Shown: one piece after another, positions 9,347-17,602 of the stretch
How the letters are laid out: each line of letters begins with the position of its first letter
Numbering within the stretch: position 1 is the stretch's first letter
Origin: a virus
Lineage: Duplodnaviria; Caudoviricetes
DNA length: 64,000 bases
Direction: 5' to 3' (one strand)
IMG/VR virus record: IMGVR_UViG_3300050491_000011
Translations under genes and position numbers: made by a program
The notes under the pieces: model-generated
The model's input: only the letters and a program-made list of their open reading frames with translations
Database searches by the model: none
Told to the model about the DNA's origin: nothing

Positions 9347-10189
9347 ATGTTGGCCGTGATAATCAAAGGTAATCCTAAGTTCATCAATACAGCATTAGCG
9401 AGAACGTACTACTCCGACATCGAGAAGTATCTCAAAGCCCTCGGCTATAAGGTTGAATTCGATGAGGGTAATGACTACACCAGACCCCGACAAGATGCTG
9501 ATCTGTACGTCGCACACTCCCGCGGTGTCGGACGTTACGAGTTCATGGAAGAGAGGAATAAATCGAAGTTCGTGAAGCTTGGTAGTCTGGACGGTGCAAT
9601 CGATCCAGTCGATCGTAAGTGGCAGGAAGAAGTCTGGCATCCGGGCATCAAGACGCCACCGCCGCATGAACACTTCATCTTCACCGACATCCAGAAAGAT
9701 GCGATCCTTCAAGTAGGCGGCGTTTCGATTGATTCGCTCAAGAAGGTAAATGGTCTATCCAGTACTCTTAGTCCAGATCTTCGAAGACTCGTAGAGCTGG
9801 CGATGAAGGACCCTTACCTCGGGACGCCTGCATTGAAGAGCAACATGGAGAACATCACACCTCTCCTCTATAAAGGTCGCACCGTTGGTTTCGCCGTTCC
9901 GTTCCGTGAGAGCGACGGTTACTGGCGTACTGGTTCTATCTATATAGAACCCGCATTCCGGCGTAAAGGGATTGCTCACGAATGGATTGAATCCTTCATG
10001 GAAGGTAAAGCTGGACGTGCGTGGATCGATCCACGTAACGCATCGAGCATCGCAGCTTACACTGCGGCAGGCTTTACCAAGTCAGGGCGGCATGTCAAAT
10101 CCCCGATCTCAGGTAATTGGTTTGATGAGTATCTAACCGAAGAAGCCGGCATGGAAAGTGCACCACCTAAGACCTTATTGACCTGGTGA
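9347..10189 (+). CDS. Two-domain protein: N-terminal alpha/beta-like domain (AHSRG) plus C-terminal GNAT acetyltransferase
   Basis: GNAT motif A IYIEPAFRRKGIA and motif B N.SSIAAYTAAGF. Confidence 0.75.
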   Translation: MLAVIIKGNPKFINTALARTYYSDIEKYLKALGYKVEFDEGNDYTRPRQDADLYVAHSRGVGRYEFMEERNKSKFVKLGSLDGAIDPVDRKWQEEVWHPGIKTPPPHEHFIFTDIQKDAILQVGGVSIDSLKKVNGLSSTLSPDLRRLVELAMKDPYLGTPALKSNMENITPLLYKGRTVGFAVPFRESDGYWRTGSIYIEPAFRRKGIAHEWIESFMEGKAGRAWIDPRNASSIAAYTAAGFTKSGRHVKSPISGNWFDEYLTEEAGMESAPPKTLLTW

Positions 10190-10203
10190 TCACTATTATA
10201 TAT

Positions 10204-10470
10204 GTACTAGGCTGCTTCGGGCTGATGAAGCCAAGTATCATGCTAGGTGGGCTCACACGCTCCTCCACCTAGCCACTGAGGTCGGGACGCTCTCCTCGAC
10301 CTAGGCGTTGATGTTCGCGGGTTCGTCAACGTCTTGTTAGGTACTCAGTACTTAGCCGTTTGTTCAGGGTATTGCGAGAGCGCGCCTTGAGCAAACGGAT
10401 AGCTACTGCGCCCCTGTGTGTTATCGGTATTCTCCCCACCCACTGGATTCGTCTGGTGGGTGGGGTTTAT
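10204..10470 (+). ncRNA. Candidate structured ncRNA 1
   Basis: No ORF with an SD; six tandem hairpins plus a terminal 14-bp UUCG hairpin; G-U pairs fit only the + strand; starts at TATG 10201-10204. Confidence 0.65.
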
Positions 10471-10534
10471 GCTGCGTTAATAAACCGCAGTCACACATTA
10501 CCATTTTAGATACACCAACCAAAGGAGAAGTTCC

Positions 10535-10927
10535 ATGACTCACATGCTGAACATCACGCTGGATAAGAACGATCGCGATAAACACTTCACCACTTACAAA
10601 GGTCGTAAGATCTACATCTCACCTCTTGCCGATAGTCGCGATAAGCCAGCCGCACCTGTCATCGCATTCAAAGGTCTTCTAGAAGGACATCTGACCGTCC
10701 ACATGGTTAAGACTTTTGACGGATACACTGACGAGTATCGACACACAATCCACAGTGGCGATTATAAGGGATACGTCTTCGTACTCGACCACGGATTCAA
10801 GATCAGCGTAGAAGAATTCAATAAGCGCTTCTATCCACATTACTACAAAGAAGATGGCGATAGAATCTGGCGCTGTCCTACACGTAGTTTAGACGAAGCG
10901 TGGGAGCATTCAGAAGAATACATTTAA
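10535..10927 (+). CDS. Hypothetical protein (130 aa)
   Basis: ORF with AAGGAG SD, downstream of a CAGTCACACAT motif. Confidence 0.85.
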   Translation: MTHMLNITLDKNDRDKHFTTYKGRKIYISPLADSRDKPAAPVIAFKGLLEGHLTVHMVKTFDGYTDEYRHTIHSGDYKGYVFVLDHGFKISVEEFNKRFYPHYYKEDGDRIWRCPTRSLDEAWEHSEEYI

Positions 10928-10932
10928 ATCGT

Positions 10933-11023
10933 AGTCAAATTAATTACAGTCACACATAGCGAGAGTACATACACACAACGATATCCATTCCGGATACGTT
11001 AAACGACCGTGGAGGTCAACATG
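10933..11023 (+). repeat. Promoter-leader cassette, copy 1
   Basis: 25-nt AGTCAAATTAATTACAGTCACACAT is identical to 32187-32211, and the leader downstream is near-identical. Confidence 0.85.
11005..11017 (+). promoter_or_regulatory. SD-loop leader hairpin (GACC-GTGGA-GGTC)
   Basis: 3 nt before ATG 11021. Confidence 0.75.
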
Positions 11024-11413
11024 TCTGCAATCACTATCGCTACTATCGAAGCCACCCTGCGTGCAGTACTGACCGCTCCAGAAGGCGCTCAGGTAATTAC
11101 CTTCTCTCAAGGTGCTCTCGATCAGATGAATGAAGTAACCGACGTCATCATCACTGCCACCGGCTACGATGAAACCAAGGTTACTGAAGAAGAGCTGATG
11201 ATCGCTGCTGCCTTCGCCAACCACTTCACCAAAGACGCAGTTACCGGCGAGGTAGTGGATGGCGTTATCCAGCCATCGCCTGAAGTAGAGTTCCGTGCCG
11301 AAGTTGTTCGGGTGAAAGAACTCTACAGTCTGGGTAGCGAGATGCACGGCGTAGCTCTGCCTGTAGTCCTGCTTTGCAAAGTGTTCAATTCCCTGACTCA
11401 CTTCACTCGCTAA
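11021..11413 (+). CDS. Hypothetical protein, tandem paralog of 11440..11826
   Basis: MSAITIATIEATLRAVLTAPEGA aligns with MSNITVALIEEQLRNVITAPTGA. Confidence 0.85.
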   Translation: MSAITIATIEATLRAVLTAPEGAQVITFSQGALDQMNEVTDVIITATGYDETKVTEEELMIAAAFANHFTKDAVTGEVVDGVIQPSPEVEFRAEVVRVKELYSLGSEMHGVALPVVLLCKVFNSLTHFTR

Positions 11414-11423
11414 TCAAACCAAC

Positions 11424-11436
11424 GACCGAGGAGGTC
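11424..11436 (+). promoter_or_regulatory. SD-loop leader hairpin (GACC-GAGGA-GGTC)
   Basis: 3 nt before ATG 11440; AACGACCGAGGAGGTCAACATG is identical to 71-92. Confidence 0.75.
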
Positions 11437-11439
11437 AAC

Positions 11440-11826
11440 ATGAGCAATATCACTGTAGCTCTTATCGAAGAGCAGCTTCGCAATGTTATCACCGCTCCTA
11501 CTGGGGCTCACTTGATCGTCATCCCGGAAGCTTCGTTGAAGCAACTCCAGCAGGTGAGTGATGCGTTTGTTGAGGCTAGCAACCTCGACCTCAACAACGT
11601 TTCCGATGACGCATTGCAAGCCGCCTGGATGGCTGCTGAGATGTACAGCAAGAATCACATCACCGGTGAGATCGTTGCCGGTGAGTTGATCACTTACAAT
11701 CAGGAAGCATTGGACAAGAACCTCAAGTCCATTCGTGAGAACCCTGACTTCGTCAATGAAGGCTTGGCTCTCACCATCTACCTGCTGAACAAGATCTTCG
11801 CCGAAGTCAAACAATTCCGTCGTTAA
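11440..11826 (+). CDS. Hypothetical protein, tandem paralog of 11021..11413
   Basis: Colinear similarity to the upstream gene; start taken from the SD. Confidence 0.85.
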   Translation: MSNITVALIEEQLRNVITAPTGAHLIVIPEASLKQLQQVSDAFVEASNLDLNNVSDDALQAAWMAAEMYSKNHITGEIVAGELITYNQEALDKNLKSIRENPDFVNEGLALTIYLLNKIFAEVKQFRR

Positions 11827-11836
11827 GGAGATTGAG

Positions 11837-12157
11837 ATGCGCTGGGTAGAAGTCCATGGATTAACGATCGCTGCTGTCATGGTGATTATCGCATCACTGA
11901 TACTCATCGGCATGGTGCTTTACAAATACAGCCGCTATAACGATGAGACTCACGAATACTGGGAACGGGTTATCAAGAAGACTATCAATCAGATTGATAA
12001 GCTCTCCCAGAAGAAAGGGTACAGGCTCAAGCCAGCTGATTCAGCAATGATCATCTGGGCTGGGCATCACTGTACCGTGAAGAACTTCCGCAAGGAAGAG
12101 CTGGAAACGTATTTCATTCAATTGAAAGACGTGCTACACTCGATTGAGAAACACTAG
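11837..12157 (+). CDS. Hypothetical protein with N-terminal TM helix
   Basis: LTIAAVMVIIASLILIGMVLY; AAGGAG SD. Confidence 0.8.
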   Translation: MRWVEVHGLTIAAVMVIIASLILIGMVLYKYSRYNDETHEYWERVIKKTINQIDKLSQKKGYRLKPADSAMIIWAGHHCTVKNFRKEELETYFIQLKDVLHSIEKH

Positions 12158-12167
12158 ACCACCTATC

Positions 12168-12180
12168 GCCCGAGGAGGGC
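12168..12180 (+). promoter_or_regulatory. SD-loop leader hairpin (GCCC-GAGGA-GGGC)
   Basis: Compensatory C-G variant, 6 nt before ATG 12187. Confidence 0.7.
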
Positions 12181-12186
12181 AACATC

Positions 12187-12633
12187 ATGTTCTGCGCAAC
12201 CCGTAATGAAGTAGCACTGACCAAGAAACGTTTTGAAGCTAAAACTCAAGACGACTTCACGGCCGGCATGTACACCATCGCGACTAAGCTGAACAAGTTC
12301 GCCGATTTCGCAATGTTCGATTCGTCTCACAACAATGACGGCATTCGGATGACTTTCTTTGTAGAGAATGCAAAAGGCGAGGAAATCGTTAAAGGGATCT
12401 ACCGCAAGTGGGCTCAGCTTCTGGCTAGCTCAATGCCAACCGGTGGCGTGAAGCGCAAGATGTACGCTACGACTCAAATCGCCGTACGTCAAATGCGTCA
12501 CCCGTACGCGGAAGGTCGTGATGTCCCAGTCTGGGTTTGGGAGATCTCTACCGGGTACGAACCTCGCACCAACGTTGGTACAGTCTACGAGCTATTGAAG
12601 ACTGCTATCGAATACGTTGAGAAGCATCATTAA
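12187..12633 (+). CDS. Hypothetical protein (148 aa)
   Basis: ORF with SD. Confidence 0.85.
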   Translation: MFCATRNEVALTKKRFEAKTQDDFTAGMYTIATKLNKFADFAMFDSSHNNDGIRMTFFVENAKGEEIVKGIYRKWAQLLASSMPTGGVKRKMYATTQIAVRQMRHPYAEGRDVPVWVWEISTGYEPRTNVGTVYELLKTAIEYVEKHH

Positions 12634-12691
12634 TTGAAACCCAGGCGGGGTTCCTCCCCGCCAACCTCATTTCTTATTTAGGAGCTTCACC

Positions 12692-13402
12692 ATGACTGCT
12701 ACAAATAACGCTGTACGGGTAATGGCTGCACTGGTTGAATCCGGTGGTCGTTACATCGATGGTCACAACAACCAGACGACCGCCGTCAAGTACGCTGCAA
12801 TCTTCAAGCGTCCTGACATGGAAGACATGGTTGTACCTCTCCTCACCAACACTTACTTCTCCTTGAGCGCCATCGAGGTCAATGAGGATGGTGTACTCCG
12901 CATGTCTCCGTGGTCTGTCGGCGGTGTAGTCGATAGCCGTGGTCTGACCATGGAACAAACTATCGCTGCTTTCAACGAGTCCTACAAGACCAGCTCTCTG
13001 GTAGAGCTTACCGAGTTCGAAGCGAAGCCTGAGCCTAAGGAAGAGAAACCTTTCTTCCTGCGCCGTGAAGCTTTCTACAGTGGCAACACTGAAGGTGAGA
13101 CTCACGATGCTGAAGGTACGATCTTCTACCGTAACTCTTACCACAACACCATCAGCGACAAGCCGGCTGTTGACTGGCAGATCGCACGCGCCACTGGGTT
13201 GAAACCGAACGACGTCTATGTTCGTGAGTACACCGAAGAAGGCAAGATCCGCAACTACGTTCACCTGCCGGTGATGGAGAAGCTGATCGAGTACAGCGAC
13301 TTCTGCAACGCCAACGGTATCCAGTGCGCCGAGATCCGTAATCTGGATGCTATCAAAGCGGCCATCGCTCAGTTCTATCAGCTGCGCGGCATCATCTGCT
13401 AA
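12692..13402 (+). CDS. Hypothetical protein (236 aa)
   Basis: ORF with AGGAG SD and biased codons. Confidence 0.85.
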   Translation: MTATNNAVRVMAALVESGGRYIDGHNNQTTAVKYAAIFKRPDMEDMVVPLLTNTYFSLSAIEVNEDGVLRMSPWSVGGVVDSRGLTMEQTIAAFNESYKTSSLVELTEFEAKPEPKEEKPFFLRREAFYSGNTEGETHDAEGTIFYRNSYHNTISDKPAVDWQIARATGLKPNDVYVREYTEEGKIRNYVHLPVMEKLIEYSDFCNANGIQCAEIRNLDAIKAAIAQFYQLRGIIC

Positions 13403-13408
13403 TTAGGG

Positions 13409-13438
13409 TGGGGACTTCGGTCCCCATTCTTTTTTTTT
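13409..13438 (+). terminator. Intrinsic terminator
   Basis: TGGGGAC-TTCG-GTCCCCA plus T-run. Confidence 0.85.
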
Positions 13439-13480
13439 GTCGTAATCCGTAATTAGTTACAGATGGCGATGTACTACTAT

Positions 13481-13807
13481 GTAGAAACACCCTCGTTGAT
13501 TAGTCAACGCCCAGTTGATACACCTAGCTCTTTTACAATTTGGGTCTCCCTGCCGATAGTCTTGAGTACGGTGCCAATACGGTCACGCTCTTGCTTCCCT
13601 CGCATAGACAACTCGCTTAGCTGGTATAAAGCCCAGCAAACCCCTAGCGGTCTGACAGAGTCTGATCGCGTTCCCTAAGAGTTTGGAATAGTACCAGTAC
13701 AGTACGGGTTCAATCGCCGCGATTGCTTTAGTACTCGAACAAACGTGCCGGGCCTTTCGGAGCATCCCGTAAGAAATATAAAGCCCGGCCTCGCGCCGGG
13801 CTTTATG
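13481..13807 (+). ncRNA. Candidate structured ncRNA 2
   Basis: About 330 nt between an 18-nt promoter-like motif plus TATG and a terminator; several short hairpins; no convincing ORF. Confidence 0.4.
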
Positions 13808-13810
13808 CTG
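13778..13810. terminator. Hairpin terminator, ATAAA...TTTATGC class
   Basis: ATAAAGCCCGGC-CTCGC-GCCGGGCTTTATGCTG. Confidence 0.8.
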
Positions 13811-13890
13811 CATGCGTAATAAAAGAAAACAGAGTCTTATATTGTACACTTGAATCTATACCGCCCCTAATACCCGCACGGAGCATCAAC

Positions 13891-14688
13891 ATGTCTGCCT
13901 ACCTGTCGCAACAAGATCAAATCAAAGTCAACATTCTGGAAGGCTACGCTCCTCGCAAGCTTACCAATGTGGAAGTCATCATCAACGAGATCCGTCTGTT
14001 CGATTGGACCTATCCTGATAGTGACTGCCCTAAGGCCTACAGGGCTGGCGCTGAGCGTAAAGAAGTTCTGCGTAGCGCTATCTCCTACACGCTTGGCGAT
14101 AACCCGTCTCTCGCTACTCTGGCGCGTGCTGCGCTGGAAGGTCAACAGGCCCGTAACGATCTGTTTGACAAATACCCGTACGTCAAGCACTTCGATCTGA
14201 TGAATGCCAAGCACCACAAAGGTCTGCTCGGTTGTCATCTGGCTGGTATTGAAGAACATCGTGTCCGTGGAGCCATCAGCTTCCTCAAAGACCTCTACGA
14301 CGTCGTTGTAGCGCTTCCAGCGAACAAGAGCAACGTATTCATCTCCACCAATAGAACGCCGATGTATCGCGAGCTGAGAGCCATTGCTACCAACTCCAAG
14401 GTTCCGGCTCTCTTCGGTATGGCGATCCCGGCTCCGCTTCAGAAGCAGGTCTATGAACTCCTGCGTATCAACACGTATACGCTCGACACCATCCAGACGT
14501 ACAGCCTGCACTGCACCGACGAAATGATGGATTACTACAAGAACCATCCGAGCGCCAAAGAAGCTTTCCGCGTCTTCAATATGTTTGAAGTCGTTAACTG
14601 CCCTTACGTGCAGGATGCGAAGTATCTTCAGGTCATCATGAATGATCGGTACTACTCGTTCTACGTCAAGCGTAATCAATTCGTGTAA
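13891..14688 (+). CDS. Hypothetical protein (265 aa)
   Basis: ORF with GGAG SD and biased codons. Confidence 0.85.
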   Translation: MSAYLSQQDQIKVNILEGYAPRKLTNVEVIINEIRLFDWTYPDSDCPKAYRAGAERKEVLRSAISYTLGDNPSLATLARAALEGQQARNDLFDKYPYVKHFDLMNAKHHKGLLGCHLAGIEEHRVRGAISFLKDLYDVVVALPANKSNVFISTNRTPMYRELRAIATNSKVPALFGMAIPAPLQKQVYELLRINTYTLDTIQTYSLHCTDEMMDYYKNHPSAKEAFRVFNMFEVVNCPYVQDAKYLQVIMNDRYYSFYVKRNQFV

Positions 14689-14695
14689 CTAGGTG

Positions 14696-14731
14696 GGAGG
14701 CTTCGGCCTCCTGCCCCTCCTTCTTTTTTTT
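14696..14731 (+). terminator. Intrinsic terminator
   Basis: GGAGGC-TTCG-GCCTCC followed by a pyrimidine/T tract. Confidence 0.7.
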
Positions 14732-14733
14732 GG

Positions 14734-15549
14734 GTGATTTCCGTGAGCGATATTAAAGTCATGGTTAGCGGTGCAGTGGGCGTTGGTAAGAGTCACGTAT
14801 TGGCGGTCATTGAGCGAGCCTTGAATGAGGCTTACGGAGATACCATCAAGATCGAATGTGAGGACACTGAGAGCGAGCGTCGATCTATCGGTGAAGACAT
14901 CCGTGAGTGGCAGCAGCCTACGGTTGAGAAGATCATTCTAACGCCGTATACGGCGTGGCGTCGAGAAGAGATCGTTGAGGATGGCGACGTACCTGCCCTC
15001 GATTACTTTAGTGAGTGGACGACAGGTCGGGTAAGTGAAGTAGTCCCTGCTAATCTGTCTCCGTCTGAAGTCAGCGATATGGTTAAAGCTTTCGATGAAC
15101 TGTATCCTCCGTTCAAGCCTCGGTACGAATCGCTGAATGGTCGGATCATTCGGATGGATGAAGGTCATCCAACTGCGGCTAAAGCAGCTCTCGCCAAACT
15201 GGCTGAGTCTGCGAACTTACTGCACGTCGAAATGTTCATGCCGGGTGATACCAACCAGATGATCGGGCTGGGTTACATGAATGACGCCAACCTCGCAGTG
15301 CAGTACGCGAACCTTATTAAAGGCATGGTCTTCGATATGGCATTCGTTGAACCGTACTTCGGTGATCAGGAAAAGGTCACTACGTTCCGTAATGTAGAAG
15401 TCCAGTCTGCGATGACTCAAAAGAATGACGGTAAGACTTCAGCGTCCGTTGGATTCAAAGTCGGTAAGATGCGCGTCCACCTTCGGAATAAGCACGACAA
15501 CGATCCATTGCAGTTCGGCATTCCTCTTGGCGTTACCGAGGAAAGCTAA
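14734..15549 (+). CDS. Hypothetical protein with N-terminal P-loop-like motif
   Basis: VMVSGAVGVGKSH Walker A-like motif; start codon uncertain (GTG). Confidence 0.7.
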   Translation: MISVSDIKVMVSGAVGVGKSHVLAVIERALNEAYGDTIKIECEDTESERRSIGEDIREWQQPTVEKIILTPYTAWRREEIVEDGDVPALDYFSEWTTGRVSEVVPANLSPSEVSDMVKAFDELYPPFKPRYESLNGRIIRMDEGHPTAAKAALAKLAESANLLHVEMFMPGDTNQMIGLGYMNDANLAVQYANLIKGMVFDMAFVEPYFGDQEKVTTFRNVEVQSAMTQKNDGKTSASVGFKVGKMRVHLRNKHDNDPLQFGIPLGVTEES

Positions 15550-15582
15550 TCCGTAATTAATTACGGGTGATGGAATCAGTAT

Positions 15583-15767
15583 GTGAGAACGTCCTCCGAC
15601 CATTAAAGTCCTAAGCTTGGTCGCCCAATGTCCTGCGTGGTCGTGGGGTGTCTTCACGTTCAATGAGAAGTTGTACGGTTGCGGTATTTCCTGTGCTTAA
15701 ACTCTCATCCGCTCATTGAACATCTTGCACTCCGTCGGTGGCTTCGGTCATCGACGGGGTTATTTTT
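15583..15767 (+). ncRNA. Candidate structured ncRNA 3
   Basis: Starts at TATG 15580-15583; 6-bp and perfect 10-bp stems; 13-bp C(UUCG)G terminal hairpin with 3 G-U pairs; no ORF. Confidence 0.5.
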
Positions 15768-15836
15768 CGCTTTATGCTGCATGTTAGGGATCGTATGTAG
15801 TGAATTGGTTCGCTACTTTTAGCAAGGAACTTCACC

Positions 15837-16361
15837 ATGAAAGTGAATATCGCTATCACCGCCAAGGCTAACATCTTGGCAGCAATCAACGCGGCCAACG
15901 CTGCAACGTCCACCAACATCACTGAAGCTCAAGTGACCTGGGAGTTGCCTGTCGTATCCGCCGGCATTGCCGGCCGTAACACTAGCGTAACTCTGTTCGG
16001 CATTGACGGTCAAGGCATCGAAGGTGGTCGTACCTTCTCATACACCCGTCAACCGCTGAGCGGCGGCGCTATCGCCACCACCGCCCCTGCTTTCGTACCA
16101 ATCCTCGAGGCCGACACCCGTCCTCAGGTATTGGCGAAGGTCATCACCGCTCTGGGCCTGCTGGCCAGCGAGATCGAAGACATCTCGTACACCGCTCCTG
16201 TGGATCTCGCCACTCCGGGCACCATGCAGATCGCGGCAATCGCGAACAGTTACCTGTACTACGATCTGAAAGACGTCGAAATCCGTCTGGCAGACCTGGA
16301 CGTACCGTTCGCTGAAATCGCTCCAATCGTTGACTTGGATGCTTTCGAAGCTGAAGAGTAA
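15837..16361 (+). CDS. Virion structural protein, repeated adaptor-like (N-module) family
   Basis: ILAAINAAN...NTSVTL.G...G.EG...F.Y.R motif shared across the array; upstream TATG. Confidence 0.75.
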   Translation: MKVNIAITAKANILAAINAANAATSTNITEAQVTWELPVVSAGIAGRNTSVTLFGIDGQGIEGGRTFSYTRQPLSGGAIATTAPAFVPILEADTRPQVLAKVITALGLLASEIEDISYTAPVDLATPGTMQIAAIANSYLYYDLKDVEIRLADLDVPFAEIAPIVDLDAFEAEE

Positions 16362-16371
16362 TTGATGTAAA

Positions 16372-16403
16372 CATAAGGCCCGGCTTCGGCCGGGCTTTAT
16401 GCT
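16372..16403. terminator. Hairpin terminator, CATAA...TTTATGC class
   Basis: CATAAGGCCCGGC-TTCG-GCCGGGCTTTATGC. Confidence 0.8.
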
Positions 16404-16445
16404 ATGCGAGGGGTGTTTATACTCTTCACAGTTTGAGGGTTCCTT

Positions 16446-16892
16446 ATGAAAATCAATTTGGCGATCAGTTCCGTTGCCAACGTATTGGGTTTGATCAACG
16501 AGAAGAATGGATCGAACATCACCGAGTCTCAAGTTACTGTCGATGAAATTATCGAGAGCGATGAGAACCCAGGCGATAACACCAAGATCACGTTGTCAGG
16601 GAAGAACGGCCACGGTATTGATGGAACGCGTTCGTTTTACTACGGACGTGTAAATGTGGTGTCGCAACAGTCGCCACCGACAGGGATCGTCATCTTGGCT
16701 CCTGGCGAAGTAGGTGGTGAGGCTGTGGCGAAGATCCTCACACAACTCAACATCCGGCTTGAAGACATAGCCTACGACAATTGGGTATTCCCAACTGAAG
16801 GCGTGGATGGTGGTGTAGATATCTGGGGGTTGGAAGGTTCGCCTATCTATACTCCAGATGTAATCAGAGTCACCCTTACGCAGTCAGCGTAA
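16446..16892 (+). CDS. Virion structural protein, N-module family
   Basis: VLGLINEKN...NTKITLSG..G.GI.G...FYY.R; paralog of 15837..16361. Confidence 0.75.
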   Translation: MKINLAISSVANVLGLINEKNGSNITESQVTVDEIIESDENPGDNTKITLSGKNGHGIDGTRSFYYGRVNVVSQQSPPTGIVILAPGEVGGEAVAKILTQLNIRLEDIAYDNWVFPTEGVDGGVDIWGLEGSPIYTPDVIRVTLTQSA

Positions 16893-16898
16893 TCAACA

Positions 16899-16930
16899 GC
16901 ATACAGCCCGGCTTACGCCGGGCCTTATGT
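16899..16930. terminator. Bidirectional terminator at a convergent junction
   Basis: CATACAGCCCGGC-TTAC-GCCGGGCCTTATG. Confidence 0.75.
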
Positions 16931-16934
16931 CGCG

Positions 16935-17591
16935 TTATGCTTCTGGATCGAAACCCGGAAGGTCTGTTACAGGAGCAACGGTAGCGAATGGAACATCCGA
17001 ATCAGTGGAGCCGATGCGGATTGTCGTGCCTGGCAAGAAGTAGATACTGCTAGCCAGAGTTGTCAGCAAGATCGAAGTAGCGTCCGGCGCGATAGGTCCA
17101 TCGGCCACATCTGTTTGATCTAGCTTCACGGTGAACTTGGTATTGATAGCCGCCAAGGTCTCCCAGATGGTAGCGCCCACCGTTGCCGGTAGGCTCAACG
17201 TCTGTCCATCGAAAGCATCCGATATAGGCATGCGAGCGTAGACAAACGTGTAGCTACCAGAATACCCTGAACTCTTTCTCGCGGTTACAAGAATGGTCGT
17301 GTTGTTCGACGTCTGAGTGTCAGGGTTTGGCTGTGGTGTGGCGAAGGTCAGCTGAGACGCGATGAAGTTTACAGCTTTCTCTTTATTGATCGCCGCCAGT
17401 AACCCGTCCTTACCAAACAAGTTAAGGTTTGGGCGCTTCACCACATCCACTAGCGCGTAGCCACTTACACGCCGAAGCGTGACAGGCTCCACAGCGTCGG
17501 CAAGCGTATAACCATCGATCGCACGAACTTCAAATGTCGGTAACGATCTTACAGCTACGTAAAGGTCAACACCCCGCAAGGTAGTAGACAT
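16935..17591 (-). CDS. Virion structural protein: short N-terminal repeats plus N-module
   Basis: VRAIDGYTL/LRRVSGYAL repeats, then LLAAINKE...NTTILVTA...GYSG..F.Y.R. Confidence 0.75.
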   Translation of the reverse strand: MSTTLRGVDLYVAVRSLPTFEVRAIDGYTLADAVEPVTLRRVSGYALVDVVKRPNLNLFGKDGLLAAINKEKAVNFIASQLTFATPQPNPDTQTSNNTTILVTARKSSGYSGSYTFVYARMPISDAFDGQTLSLPATVGATIWETLAAINTKFTVKLDQTDVADGPIAPDATSILLTTLASSIYFLPGTTIRIGSTDSDVPFATVAPVTDLPGFDPEA

Positions 17592-17602
17592 AAGTACTCC
17601 TA

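Noticed and set aside
10222-10228. CTGATGA resembling a hammerhead ribozyme core
   Set aside because: No GAAA follows a stem II, and the upstream GAAA at about 10154 cannot form stems I and II in a permuted arrangement.
11009-11020. Longer GTG/TTG starts in the ORF track (11009, 34734, 1717, 38169, 37456, 45445, 26031, 59651, 49453) and the upstream ATG at 11374
   Set aside because: SD position supports the downstream ATGs used in the feature list.
13703-13716. GGGTTCAATCG resembling a tRNA T-loop
   Set aside because: I could not build an acceptor stem, D-arm or anticodon arm around it; no tRNA or tmRNA ends were found.
13878-13886. GC-ACGGA-GC before ATG 13891 (and ACGGA near 35249) as extra leader hairpins
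   Set aside because: Only 2-3 bp stems, too weak to count with the 11 copies.
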